This document shows, in pieces, positions 7,686 through 17,682 of a stretch of 42,692 nt of DNA. The notes below the pieces were generated by a model. It worked only from the letters and a program-made list of their open reading frames with translations. It was not told the DNA's origin and did no database searches. Made by a program: the position numbers and the translations under genes. The first letter of the stretch is position 1, and each line of letters opens with the position of its first letter. This DNA is from Candidatus Gastranaerophilales bacterium. GTDB taxonomy: Bacteria > Cyanobacteriota > Vampirovibrionia > Gastranaerophilales > Gastranaerophilaceae. Location of the stretch: positions 1 to 42,692 of the forward strand of contig CALUQF010000001.1 in assembly GCA_944322835.1 (NCBI GenBank). The letters run 5' to 3'.

Positions 7686-8633
7686 ATGAACTTCAATTTA
7701 GATGATATCATAAAACAGAGCGGAAAGATACTGCTTTTATCCCATATGAATCCAGATGGTGATACATTGGGTTCTATGTGTGCGATGTACAGCATGATAT
7801 ATAACAGATTTAAGAAAAAAGCTGATATGAGTATTGTATCTAATCTGCCTTACAATTATAAATTCCTGCCTAATGTTGAGAGGGCAGAACGTTATTTTGA
7901 TAAATCTCTTGTCTACGATTTAGTGATAACATTAGACGTAGCTGCAATTGACAGGGTTTTGGATTCTAAAATACTTTTTGATAAAGCAAAATGTACTATT
8001 AACATTGATCATCACAAAACTAATCCTGGTTTTGGCGATTTTCAATTGATAGATGCAAACGCAAGTTCCTGTGGTGAGGTTTTATTTAATTATTTTAAAG
8101 AAAATGATTGGAAGATTGATAATGATTCCGCGATTTGTCTTTATACTGCAATAATGACTGATACCGGCAATTTTAGATTTGAAAACACCTCCTCATCTGC
8201 TCTCAGAGCAGCTGCCGATTTAGTGGATGCAGGAGCTAATCCTAATTTTATTTATAAAAAATGTTATGAAACAAAAACAAAGAATCTTGTAATGTTTCAA
8301 AACTACTGCATAAATAAAGCCGTATTTTTAAACGATAACAAAATCGCTTATACAACTGTTTATAAAAAAGATTTGGAAAAATTTTCAGCAGGTGATGATT
8401 ATACAGACGGTCTTGCAGAAACTCTTCGGGCGATTGATACAACGGAAATATCTTTTGTTGTAAAAGAGGTTGATACAAAGTTAACAAAAGTCTCTATGAG
8501 AAGCAAAAAGCTTGATGTTGCTGAAATTTGTTCAAAATTTTCCGGAGGAGGGCATACTTTTGCCGCCGGATGCACTATTAAAGCCGGAATTGAAGAAGCT
8601 GTCAAAAAAATATTGAAAGAAATTAAACTGTGA
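7686..8633 (+). CDS. nrnA: DHH family bifunctional oligoribonuclease/PAP phosphatase NrnA
   Basis: HMNPDGDTLGS, TLD, NIDHH, TDTGNF, SMRS, GGGH..AAG motifs. Confidence 0.92.
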   Translation: MNFNLDDIIKQSGKILLLSHMNPDGDTLGSMCAMYSMIYNRFKKKADMSIVSNLPYNYKFLPNVERAERYFDKSLVYDLVITLDVAAIDRVLDSKILFDKAKCTINIDHHKTNPGFGDFQLIDANASSCGEVLFNYFKENDWKIDNDSAICLYTAIMTDTGNFRFENTSSSALRAAADLVDAGANPNFIYKKCYETKTKNLVMFQNYCINKAVFLNDNKIAYTTVYKKDLEKFSAGDDYTDGLAETLRAIDTTEISFVVKEVDTKLTKVSMRSKKLDVAEICSKFSGGGHTFAAGCTIKAGIEEAVKKILKEIKL

Positions 8634-9514
8634 AACGAAAGTTCAGAACCATAAGAAATATAGTAAATTCTGTTATAGAGCATGATTTTTTCGGAATGGC
8701 ATCCGAAATGGGGTTTATGCTCTGTATTGGAATTTGTCCGTTTATTCTGTTTTTAACGGCGCTTTTCGGATATATGGGTAAACAGTATTTTATGCAGCCA
8801 ATTTTTGTTTTTATGCAGAGTATTGTGCCGCATGATGTATTGAATGTCGTTAACACAGTTTTAAACGAAGTTTTTTTCTTTAGAAAAGGCGGACTTGTTG
8901 CAGTTCTCGGGTTTTGTATAACATTGTTTCTATCCACTAATACAGTTGCAATTGTTGCTAAGGGGTTAAACAGAGCTTACAAAGTTAAAGAGACCAGAAG
9001 TTTTTTATATTCAAGACTTTTGGCTCTTATTATGGTGTTTGTAAGTACATTAGTATTATTTTTAAGCGTTACATTAATTGTTTTTGGTAAAGTAATTATA
9101 AAGTTTTTGGTTGCCTATATAGGTATGACGGAGCATTTGGCGAATATAATGTTATTTGTCCGCTGGCCAATTGCATTTTTAACCCTATTCATAATGGCTT
9201 ACTTAAGTTATTATATACTGCCTGATTTAAGTGGAAATGAAAAACTCCGTCGGCATAGTGCGCTTCCGGGGTCGATTTTCTTCTGTATATCTTGGTTGCT
9301 TGGTTCCTGGTTGTTTTCTGTATATATAAATAACTTGCATACATATAACTTTGTGTATGGAACAATTGCCGGATTTGCGGTTATGATGATGTGGCTGTAT
9401 TATACATCTATTCTTATTCTTATTGGCGGTGAGATTAATTCTCAGCTGTTTATTAAGCTTGAACGGTATGAGGCCATTAAAGAAAAGAGGTCAGGACGTG
9501 ATAACGAGGTTTAG
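8630..9514 (+). CDS. YihY/virulence factor BrkB family membrane protein
   Basis: LNRAY.V.E.R, PG, YGTIAG, WLY, GGEIN motifs; six hydrophobic segments. Confidence 0.9.
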   Translation: MKRKFRTIRNIVNSVIEHDFFGMASEMGFMLCIGICPFILFLTALFGYMGKQYFMQPIFVFMQSIVPHDVLNVVNTVLNEVFFFRKGGLVAVLGFCITLFLSTNTVAIVAKGLNRAYKVKETRSFLYSRLLALIMVFVSTLVLFLSVTLIVFGKVIIKFLVAYIGMTEHLANIMLFVRWPIAFLTLFIMAYLSYYILPDLSGNEKLRRHSALPGSIFFCISWLLGSWLFSVYINNLHTYNFVYGTIAGFAVMMMWLYYTSILILIGGEINSQLFIKLERYEAIKEKRSGRDNEV

Positions 9515-10064
9515 GGAATACTTAAAATTTCTTGACAAAGAGCTCTATAAAATGTTTGACGCGCAAAAACCTTTTATAAAGTGTAAGGAAGGATGTGCAT
9601 ACTGTTGTAAAGACGGAGAATATCCTGTTTCAGAGCTTGAATATGTAAATATGATGTTTTATTATAACGAGCTCGAGGATTCTCTAAAAGACAGAGTTAA
9701 TGAAAATATTAAAAACCTATTAGAAAAATCTCGGGGAAAAATGTATGAATGCCCGTTTCTTATAGATAACAAATGTTCTATATACCCAGCAAGAGCAATA
9801 ATATGCAGAACATTCGGTTTAATTTCGTATGATGATAAAGGGAAAAAACGTATCCCCTTTTGTGTTGACTTGGATTTAAACTATTCTGTCGTGTATGATA
9901 AAAACACACATATGATTACCCGTTCTGCTGAAGACGGAACGGAGCCGGTTTCTTATAATATTGATAGAAAATTCTTGAGAAGTAATAAAATAGAAAAAGA
10001 ATTTAATATATTTTTTGGAGAAGATAAACCTCTTGTGGAGTGGCTGGAAGAAGAATTTACATAA
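9498..10064 (+). CDS. YkgJ family cysteine-cluster (CxxCxxCC) protein
   Basis: CKEGCAYCC, CPFL, CSIYPARAIICR. Likely GTG start at 9498. Confidence 0.88.
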   Translation: MITRFREYLKFLDKELYKMFDAQKPFIKCKEGCAYCCKDGEYPVSELEYVNMMFYYNELEDSLKDRVNENIKNLLEKSRGKMYECPFLIDNKCSIYPARAIICRTFGLISYDDKGKKRIPFCVDLDLNYSVVYDKNTHMITRSAEDGTEPVSYNIDRKFLRSNKIEKEFNIFFGEDKPLVEWLEEEFT

Positions 10065-10163
10065 AAGTTTTGATACAAATGTTAAGCAAATTGTAACAAT
10101 TTTTTAATAAAAGTCAATTTTCAAGCTTCAGTGGTTTTATACGATTAGGAAGAAGTGTAGTTT

Positions 10164-10760
10164 ATGAATATACAGCCGAAACAAAATAATATCGCCATGC
10201 AAGGAAAATGGTGGCAGAAACTTCAGGACAGAATTATACAAAAAGCTGTAGATGCTGTTCCGTTGCATACTGCCAAAGACTCTGCACGTAGAATAGAGAA
10301 AAGAAATAATTTTGATAACTGGGTATCTAAACCACATATAAACCGCGGTGTATTAGGTGTAACTGCATTAGTTACACAGCCTCCAATAGATTATTATAAC
10401 CACAGAGTAGATGAAGAGACCAGAAAAGTCGCAAGAAACAGAACTATAGCCAAGATTTTAGCCGGTACTACCGTCGGTATGTTTGTCGTAAGGGGGCCTA
10501 TTTATACTGCAATAGAAAATATGACAAATATTAAAGGAAAATCTAAGTTCAGTAAAGCTCTTCTTCCCAAAAGATTTTTAACAGAACTTGCTAATAATGA
10601 GAAATTTTTAAAGAATTATAGAAGCGCCTTGGCTATGGGTTTGGCTTTGGCGGCAATGTGCGTGACAAACTTTGTATTAGATGCTCCTTTTACAATTTTC
10701 TTAACAAATTTGTTTAACGATAAAACCAATCAAGTAAAGGAGGTAAAGAAAAATGGCTAA
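10164..10760 (+). CDS. Hypothetical membrane-associated protein
   Basis: ORF with three moderately hydrophobic segments; overlaps the next gene by 8 bp. Confidence 0.7.
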   Translation: MNIQPKQNNIAMQGKWWQKLQDRIIQKAVDAVPLHTAKDSARRIEKRNNFDNWVSKPHINRGVLGVTALVTQPPIDYYNHRVDEETRKVARNRTIAKILAGTTVGMFVVRGPIYTAIENMTNIKGKSKFSKALLPKRFLTELANNEKFLKNYRSALAMGLALAAMCVTNFVLDAPFTIFLTNLFNDKTNQVKEVKKNG

Positions 10761-11316
10761 ACCTAATTTCTTTAAAGCTCCGCTTGAATGGATTTATGAA
10801 AATTTTAAGAAAAATACAGCTAAGATGCTTGTTATGACGGGCACAATCGGCTGGGGACTCTCTTCTGCTGCTCAAATCGGTGCAGTAATGTTCAATCCTA
10901 AAATCCCAAGGGAGCAGAAAAATTTTCTGGTACCTCAAGAAGTTTTAGACGCTGTAGTAAATGTAGGCTCTTTCTTTTTAGTAACTCAAATGACAAAAAA
11001 AGTTATTTCCAAGCTGGCTTCAACCGGAAAAATAGCTCCGCAAAAAGTCAGAGATTTTCTTAATAAAAATAAAGATTTATATGGTGATAAAGTCGGAAAA
11101 CTTTCTCTGGATTTAGATGAGGTTTTAATCAGTAATCCAAAATTCCCTACAGAATCTTATTATTCTTATAAAAATTATGTAACAACAGTCGGAACGGTTG
11201 GAGCAAGTATTCTGGCATCAAATATTATAACACCGGTGTTAAGAAATGCTGGAGCCTCTGATATTCAAAAATATTTTAATAAAAAACCATATTCTTCAGG
11301 CAGTATGAAAGTTTAA
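10753..11316 (+). CDS. Hypothetical membrane-associated protein (similar architecture to the upstream gene)
   Basis: AAGGAGGT RBS; three hydrophobic segments and an N.KI..E.K loop. Confidence 0.7.
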   Translation: MAKPNFFKAPLEWIYENFKKNTAKMLVMTGTIGWGLSSAAQIGAVMFNPKIPREQKNFLVPQEVLDAVVNVGSFFLVTQMTKKVISKLASTGKIAPQKVRDFLNKNKDLYGDKVGKLSLDLDEVLISNPKFPTESYYSYKNYVTTVGTVGASILASNIITPVLRNAGASDIQKYFNKKPYSSGSMKV

Positions 11317-11338
11317 CAAATTATGTTAGAATAAGTTT

Positions 11339-12568
11339 ATGGAAAATTTTGATTACGGAATAATAGGAGGAGGTCCGGCAGGGTATACAGCCGGCATGCT
11401 TTTAGCGAAACAGGGGTATTCTGTTGTATTGTTTGAAAAAGATAAACTAGGCGGAACCTGTCTAAATAGAGGGTGTATTCCCACAAAGTCTTTTATACAT
11501 TCATCCGAGGTTTTTGCAACACTTATGCATGCCGGAGAGTATGGTATCAGCTTTGACAATATTAATTTTGATTTCTCCAAAGTCGTAGAAAAAAAGGACA
11601 AAACAGTTGAAAAAGTAAGAAAAGCTCTTGAGCTTTCTGTTAAAAATTCCGGTGTTAATGTTATATATAAAGAAGCCCATATTGTTGATAAAAATACAAT
11701 ATCAACGAATGAAGGAAATTATAGAGTCAAAAATATTATTTCAGCGTGCGGTTCGAAACCCAGAGAACTAAAAGGGTTGGAATTTGACGGGGAATTTATT
11801 CTTAGCTCAGATGATATTTTGAATATAAAACAATTGCCGAAAAAGGTTTTGATAGTAGGCTCCGGTGCTATAGGTATAGAATGGGCTAGGATTTTAAGCA
11901 ATTTTGGAGTAGATGTTTGTATTCTTGAGGCTTGTGAGCGGTTATTACCTATTGCGGATATTGAGGTTTCAAAGAGAATAGAGCGTATATTTAAACAAAA
12001 AGGAGTAAAATTTTATCTTAATAATACAATTAAGGAAATAAAAGACAAAGTTGTAGTATTAGCTAACGGAGATACAGTAGCTCCGGATTTTATTCTCTCG
12101 GCAGCAGGAAGAGAGGCTGTATGTGCAAATGATTCTAACTGTAAACTATTGGGCGATGCTTGCGGGAAAATACAACTTGCGCATTTTGCTATACATCAGG
12201 CGGCAGAACTTGTATTAGGAGTTCCGTATAATAAGCAGTATACACCTTCTGTTATATATGGCGAGCCAGAGATTGCCTGGATGGGACTTAGAGAACAAGA
12301 TTGTGATGAAAGTTATACAATAAAAAAACTTCCTGTCTCCGCCTTGGGTAAAGCTTGGTGTGATAATTCAATCGAAGGATTTATAAAAGTTATCACAAAA
12401 GGTAATAAAATACATGGAGCGCATATAATATCAAAAGAAGCGTCTGCTTTAATACATACGTTTCTTGTTGCAATGGAAAATAATCTTAGCATAAATGATT
12501 TAAAAAAATGTTGTTTTGCACATCCGACCTATTCAGAAGCTATATATGAGCTTCTTTTAAATCTGTAA
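11339..12568 (+). CDS. lpdA: Dihydrolipoyl dehydrogenase-like pyridine nucleotide-disulfide oxidoreductase
   Basis: GGGPAG FAD motif, GGTCLNRGCIPTK redox disulfide, GSGAIG.E NAD motif, HPTYSE. Confidence 0.85.
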   Translation: MENFDYGIIGGGPAGYTAGMLLAKQGYSVVLFEKDKLGGTCLNRGCIPTKSFIHSSEVFATLMHAGEYGISFDNINFDFSKVVEKKDKTVEKVRKALELSVKNSGVNVIYKEAHIVDKNTISTNEGNYRVKNIISACGSKPRELKGLEFDGEFILSSDDILNIKQLPKKVLIVGSGAIGIEWARILSNFGVDVCILEACERLLPIADIEVSKRIERIFKQKGVKFYLNNTIKEIKDKVVVLANGDTVAPDFILSAAGREAVCANDSNCKLLGDACGKIQLAHFAIHQAAELVLGVPYNKQYTPSVIYGEPEIAWMGLREQDCDESYTIKKLPVSALGKAWCDNSIEGFIKVITKGNKIHGAHIISKEASALIHTFLVAMENNLSINDLKKCCFAHPTYSEAIYELLLNL

Positions 12569-12735
12569 TTAACAATTATTTACATTTTGTACAAGAGCGT
12601 AATATTTTTGTAATTATAGCCTATTCCCTTTTATACTTTGTTCCCCAAAGAATGAAGTATAAGATTTATAATTGATTTAATCCAATGTTTAAGTTATTGT
12701 TTATAAGTAAGCAGGGTAAATTAGGAGTGCTTGGA

Positions 12736-14109
12736 ATGTATAATGTAGCAATAATCGGTGCAGGACCAGCCGGGATTTTTTCGGCTCTAGAGATTGTTAA
12801 ACTTAGACCGGAATGGAAAGTTATTTTAATTGAAAAAGGACAAAGAATTGAAAATAGGAAATGCCCTTTAAGAGAAGGTTCTCCTAAATGTGTTAATTGC
12901 AAAAGATGCGGACTTTTATGCGGCTGGGGCGGAGCAGGTGCTTTTTCTGACGGGAAATTAACGCTGACACCGGATGTAGGTGGTCATTTAGTTGATTATA
13001 TGCAAAGAGAAAAAGTAGAAAAACTTATTAAGTATGCCGATGATTTGTATATTGAACATGGTGCAACAGATGAAGTATTCGGAACCGATATGGAAACATT
13101 TCGTGAAATTGAGCGTCAGGCAGTACTTGCGGAATTGAAATTAGTTCATTCTCCGGTCAGACATCTTGGAACTGAACGCAGTTTGGATGTTTTAAAACAC
13201 ATGCAGGATTATTTAAGTGATAAAATTACTATTTTGAATAATGTTACAGCACAAAGTTTAATTGTGGAATGCGAACAGGTTAAAGGTATTGTACTTGATA
13301 ACGGTGAAACAATAAAAGCTGAATATACGATTATTGCACCGGGAAGAGAGGGTGCCGATTGGCTTACACATGAATTTGCAAAAAATAAAATCGGAATGGT
13401 TAATAATGCCGTTGATGTCGGAGTAAGAGTTGAGCTTCCGGCTCCTGTTTTTGCTCCGCTAACAGATAAATTATATGAATCAAAACTTGTATATTATTCG
13501 CCAACTTTTGGAGATGAAGTGAGAACATTCTGTATGAACCCGAACGGAGAAGTTGTACAGGAAAATTATAATGGTATTGCGACCGTTAACGGTCACAGTT
13601 ATGCTAATATAAAAACTAATAATACAAATTTTGCTCTTCTTGTAAGTAAGAAATTTACAGAACCTTTTAAAGAACCAATTGCATATGGTCAGCATATAGC
13701 AAGTTTAGCCAATATGCTTGCCGGGGGGATATTAGTACAAAGATTCGGAGACTTACTGGAAGGCAGGCGTTCTACTCCGGATAGAATCCAATCCAGTATT
13801 ATTACTCCTACATTAGCTTGTGCAACGCCCGGTGATTTGAGCCTTGTCATACCATATAGGCAAATGAAAAGCATTATTGAAATGATTTTTGCTCTCGATA
13901 AACTGGCACCGGGAACAGCTTCAAGATACACGCTTCTTTATGGTATAGAAGTCAAATTCTACTCGGCTCGTGTCAAGCTTACCAATGAACTTGAAACAGA
14001 AGGAGTTAAGAATTTGTTTACAATCGGCGATGGTGCAGGAGTTACAAGAGGTCTTATACAGGCGTCTGCTTCCGGAGTATATGTTGCACAGACTATTTGT
14101 GCCAGATAA
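12736..14109 (+). CDS. NAD(P)/FAD-dependent oxidoreductase (COG2509-like)
   Basis: IIGAGPAG, CxxCxxC, GWGGAGAFSDGKL, RTFCMNPNG, VNGHS, GDGAGVTRG. AGGAG RBS before ATG 12736. Confidence 0.88.
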   Translation: MYNVAIIGAGPAGIFSALEIVKLRPEWKVILIEKGQRIENRKCPLREGSPKCVNCKRCGLLCGWGGAGAFSDGKLTLTPDVGGHLVDYMQREKVEKLIKYADDLYIEHGATDEVFGTDMETFREIERQAVLAELKLVHSPVRHLGTERSLDVLKHMQDYLSDKITILNNVTAQSLIVECEQVKGIVLDNGETIKAEYTIIAPGREGADWLTHEFAKNKIGMVNNAVDVGVRVELPAPVFAPLTDKLYESKLVYYSPTFGDEVRTFCMNPNGEVVQENYNGIATVNGHSYANIKTNNTNFALLVSKKFTEPFKEPIAYGQHIASLANMLAGGILVQRFGDLLEGRRSTPDRIQSSIITPTLACATPGDLSLVIPYRQMKSIIEMIFALDKLAPGTASRYTLLYGIEVKFYSARVKLTNELETEGVKNLFTIGDGAGVTRGLIQASASGVYVAQTICAR

Positions 14110-14154
14110 GCACAATAATATAGACAATTATTTGTGAAATATTATAATATTAGT

Positions 14155-14730
14155 ATGAGATATTTATTAGCACTCATATTAATGCTTTTTGTCAGCTTTT
14201 CATATGCAGCAGAAGTTAATTTGCGGGATTATGATGAATTTGATATTCCAGCAGGAACGCATATTCCAGTGATTTCGTTGCAGGAGTTTTCCACGGCATA
14301 TTGTGAAGAGGGAGATAAGGTTAATTTTATTACAACATCGGATATTTATCTGTATGACAAAAATGTTATTCCGGAAGGAACAAAGCTTTCCGGATATATC
14401 GATAAAAAGAATGAACCGATTATTGGAACAAATGCTGCAATGCGCGTTTTTGTAAACAAAATGTACCTGCCTGACGGATTTGAAATTCCGATAAAATCGT
14501 ATATATATACAGCAAACAATAATATTATAGGCGGAGAGCTTACACCTCCGGCTAAGTACATTAGAATACCGCACTATCAGAGATGGACAATGTTTCGGGC
14601 AATGGGAGTACTGCAAGCAGTTCCGGGCGGTGAAAGAAAAATGGGAGAGCACGTAACCATTTCATCCGGTGCAGATTTGATTGTTGTCCTTGTTGCTCCT
14701 ATACATATGACGCACACTTTAATAAATTGA
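14155..14730 (+). CDS. Exported protein with TrbI/VirB10-like beta domain
   Basis: Signal peptide (MRYLLALILMLFVSFSYA); IPAGT...GD...IPEGTKLSG.I pattern. Confidence 0.6.
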   Translation: MRYLLALILMLFVSFSYAAEVNLRDYDEFDIPAGTHIPVISLQEFSTAYCEEGDKVNFITTSDIYLYDKNVIPEGTKLSGYIDKKNEPIIGTNAAMRVFVNKMYLPDGFEIPIKSYIYTANNNIIGGELTPPAKYIRIPHYQRWTMFRAMGVLQAVPGGERKMGEHVTISSGADLIVVLVAPIHMTHTLIN

Positions 14731-14779
14731 CAAAATCCGGATTGATAATAAAATGTTATATAGGGGGAGGAATAACTCA

Positions 14780-15532
14780 ATGACAGATAAGAAGATAACC
14801 GCTTTGTTTGTGTTAGCAGCTATGTGTACTATGAATACGGCTTTTGCCGGTTCTAATTTTTCGTATGAAAAGCCGCAGGTACAGCCTGTATACAATAGTA
14901 ATTATGTGCAGCAGCCAATGCAGTATAGCACAAATCAGCCGTTACGCGGTAATGTCGTAATGGTTCCGGCAGGTACATCTATGCCGGCAATGCTAACTTC
15001 TCCGATATCTTCTGCGAACTTAAAAACCGGAGATTCCGTGAGTATGCTATTGGGCTCCGACTTTTATTATAATAATAAACTGATAGCACCGGCAGGAAGT
15101 AATGTTACGGGAACCGTAATAGAAGCTTCTAAGGCTAAAAGAGGCAGTATGAATGGTAAATTGAATATAAGATTTACTCAAATCTATACTCCTTATGGAA
15201 CTCAAATCCCGATTTCTGCTGTAATAAAAACAGATGATTCTTCTGGTGTCCTTGTTGGCGGAACAAAATGGGATGTAACAAAAGATTATGCTAAAGATTT
15301 GGCAGCAGGTAGTGCAGCCGGAGCTTTATCTGGCCTTGTGTTTGGTGCGCTTGCCGGCGGGAATGTCGGACGAGGCGCGGCTCTTGGTACAGCAGTAGGT
15401 GCTGGAGGTGGCTTAGTAAAATCCGTTTGGGATAAGGGGGATGATGTAGAAATCCCAGCTAATGCTACTATAGAACTTTTATTAACCCAGCCGATTACAG
15501 TATCTGCTGAGAGTTATAGTTATGAAAATTAG
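14780..15532 (+). CDS. Exported TrbI/VirB10-like protein with glycine-zipper segment
   Basis: Signal peptide ending AFA; VPAGT...GD.V...APAGSNVTG.V...GKLNIRF; Gly/Ala zipper AAGALSG..GALAGG..GAALGTAVGAGGG. Confidence 0.7.
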   Translation: MTDKKITALFVLAAMCTMNTAFAGSNFSYEKPQVQPVYNSNYVQQPMQYSTNQPLRGNVVMVPAGTSMPAMLTSPISSANLKTGDSVSMLLGSDFYYNNKLIAPAGSNVTGTVIEASKAKRGSMNGKLNIRFTQIYTPYGTQIPISAVIKTDDSSGVLVGGTKWDVTKDYAKDLAAGSAAGALSGLVFGALAGGNVGRGAALGTAVGAGGGLVKSVWDKGDDVEIPANATIELLLTQPITVSAESYSYEN

Positions 15533-15599
15533 TAAACAGGATAATTTAATTTATATTAATATTTATTATTCTAAAAGAGTAATTTAAGAGAGAAAAAAA

Positions 15600-16787
15600 G
15601 TGACAATTATTAATCAAAATAGTTTTATACTAGACGAGGATGAGAACAAGACAGAGAAAGAATATAAACTTCCCTCTATAGCAACAAGCAAACCGGAAGT
15701 GATACCGATAGGCCGTTCGTTTGCTATTTCAACGGCTTTGCATCCGGGGGTTGTTTTGTTAATTTGGCTTATAACAGTTGCTCTTGCTCTTATGGGGATT
15801 AATTTAACTCTCTTTAAAAAGCCTGAAGCTCAATTAAAGAAAGATATAGAGTTTGTGCTTGTCGATAAAGAAGCTCAGCCAAGGGATCCGAATACAAAAA
15901 ACCGCTCTGATATGAATTCAAGAAGTGGCGGGGTAAATGATCCAAAGCGCAAGGTATCAATGCCGTCTCCGGCTCCTAAAAAAGCTTCAACACCGTCTGC
16001 TGCGGCAAAAAATGCAAATAAAATAATAAAACAGCAGCAGCAACAGATAAAAAAACAGGTGCAGCAACAAAAACAGCAAGCACAGCCTAAGAAAACACAG
16101 CAGCCGGTGCAAAAGAAACCGCAGCCTGTGGCTAAACCATCTCCGGCAAAACCTGCACCTCCGACAGCAAGACCGAGTGCAAAACCAACTTCTGCGCCAG
16201 CTCCGGTTGCTAAGCCTTCAACACCGTTTAGGGCACCTGCTCCGAAAGCGGCACCTCCCGGGAAAACATTATCTACCGGGCCTATCGGCGGAACATCCGC
16301 TCCAACCGGTGCAAAATCAAGCAGCAGCTCTTCCTCAACAGGTTCCAGCGGCAGCTCTTATGCTCCAAGACCGTCTTTATCGCCATCTTCCGGAGGGTCA
16401 AGCAGTCCGCTCTCAAGAGGTTCATCCGGCAGCGGTAATATCGGAAACCCTGGCGGCGGAGGCGGAGCGCCCGGAATCGATGCTCTTAGAGAGCCTGATT
16501 TTGGTCCATATATGAGAGAACTACAACGAAGAATAAAACTTAATTGGGATCCTCCAAAAGGAAATGAAAGTAAACGTGTTATTTTATTATTCAAAATAGC
16601 AAAAGATGGCAGATTGCTTTCATGCCGTGTTCATAAGTCATCTGGCATGCCATCGGCGGATCAGGCAGCTTTAAAAGCAGTAGAATTGACTGCTCCGTTC
16701 AGACCTCTTCCGGCGGACTTTAGGGGGCAAAGTATTGATATACAGTTTACGTTTGATTACAACGTATTCAACGCGTCAAGGTATTAA
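15600..16787 (+). CDS. tonB: TonB/TolA family energy transducer
   Basis: N-terminal TM with S..LH (STALH), long Pro/Gln/Ser/Lys linker, C-terminal domain Y...LQRRIK.NW.PP...SSG...D.AAL.AV....PF.PLP. Confidence 0.85.
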   Translation: MTIINQNSFILDEDENKTEKEYKLPSIATSKPEVIPIGRSFAISTALHPGVVLLIWLITVALALMGINLTLFKKPEAQLKKDIEFVLVDKEAQPRDPNTKNRSDMNSRSGGVNDPKRKVSMPSPAPKKASTPSAAAKNANKIIKQQQQQIKKQVQQQKQQAQPKKTQQPVQKKPQPVAKPSPAKPAPPTARPSAKPTSAPAPVAKPSTPFRAPAPKAAPPGKTLSTGPIGGTSAPTGAKSSSSSSSTGSSGSSYAPRPSLSPSSGGSSSPLSRGSSGSGNIGNPGGGGGAPGIDALREPDFGPYMRELQRRIKLNWDPPKGNESKRVILLFKIAKDGRLLSCRVHKSSGMPSADQAALKAVELTAPFRPLPADFRGQSIDIQFTFDYNVFNASRY

Positions 16788-16796
16788 AAGCAGGGA

Positions 16797-17624
16797 ATGA
16801 AAGGAAAGATTATGAAAAAAATAATGGCAGTAGTATTAGCATCAATTACACTAATAGGCACAAATGCCTGTACGGCTTATGCTGCTGATAATCAAAATCC
16901 GCATTATACGACTGTAAAAACACTTCCGCTTGAAGAAGCCGGTATATTAAGAATCAAAAATATGTATTTAAATTATATAAAATACTGTTTGCTGTTAAAC
17001 TGGAAAAATCCGGCAAGCAATAATAATTGTGCTGCTTTCATTGTAAATATAGACAAGAACGGCAGACTTATGAGTTATGATATACTAAAACACTCTGGCT
17101 CTTCTGAATTTGAAAAAGCTGCATTACAAACAATGGAAAAAACAGCACCATTCAAACCTCTTCCTGCGGAAATAAAAATGAACGGCTTTAATGTAGAAAT
17201 ATTCTTCAATGGTCAGGATATTCAAGCAGACAGAATTACTGCACCAAAGCATTTAAAGAATAAATTCTCACAGAATAATAAAGTTTGCAGAACTGTAGAA
17301 ATCAACGAAGCCAAACAGGCAGTTCTACAAAGTGAATATCCAAAATTTGTATCTGGCGCAGTGCACAGCGAAATTAGCCGACAAATTACACAAAATTGGA
17401 AACCATATTTGAAAGAAAATAATGCCGTCGCTGTATCTTTTAGAATTGCAGCGGACGGAGCGATGCAAAATGTTAAAATCACTGCAAACCAGACGCAAAA
17501 CCCGGATGCAGCAGATGCTGCCGCTGAGGCGGTAAAGAATATCAAGCTTTCAACTGTTCCGGACTCATCTATTGGTGCTGAAATCATTTATTATTTTGCA
17601 ATTGGTGATAATCAAGGATTTTAA
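16797..17624 (+). CDS. Exported protein with two TonB C-terminal domains
   Basis: Signal peptide ending AYA; two NWK...F.I..DG...AA..A units. Confidence 0.75.
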   Translation: MKGKIMKKIMAVVLASITLIGTNACTAYAADNQNPHYTTVKTLPLEEAGILRIKNMYLNYIKYCLLLNWKNPASNNNCAAFIVNIDKNGRLMSYDILKHSGSSEFEKAALQTMEKTAPFKPLPAEIKMNGFNVEIFFNGQDIQADRITAPKHLKNKFSQNNKVCRTVEINEAKQAVLQSEYPKFVSGAVHSEISRQITQNWKPYLKENNAVAVSFRIAADGAMQNVKITANQTQNPDAADAAAEAVKNIKLSTVPDSSIGAEIIYYFAIGDNQGF

Positions 17625-17682
17625 AGATTGATATAAAAAGCTTACTAATAAAAGATAATACAAAACAAGGGGAAAATAAATT

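Noticed and set aside
10078-10097. Additional HLR1-like site upstream of 10164
   Set aside because: The half-sites are 12 bp apart rather than 10, so it was not counted.
12590-12735. Possible riboswitch upstream of the FAD oxidoreductase
   Set aside because: Only one hairpin (TTATACTT...AAGTATAA) is visible, with no recognisable aptamer consensus.
15950-16480. Higher-GC repetitive region with overlapping ORFs (16177-16515, 16358-16594)
   Set aside because: Explained by the Pro/Gln/Ser/Gly-rich TonB linker. The extra ORFs are shadows.
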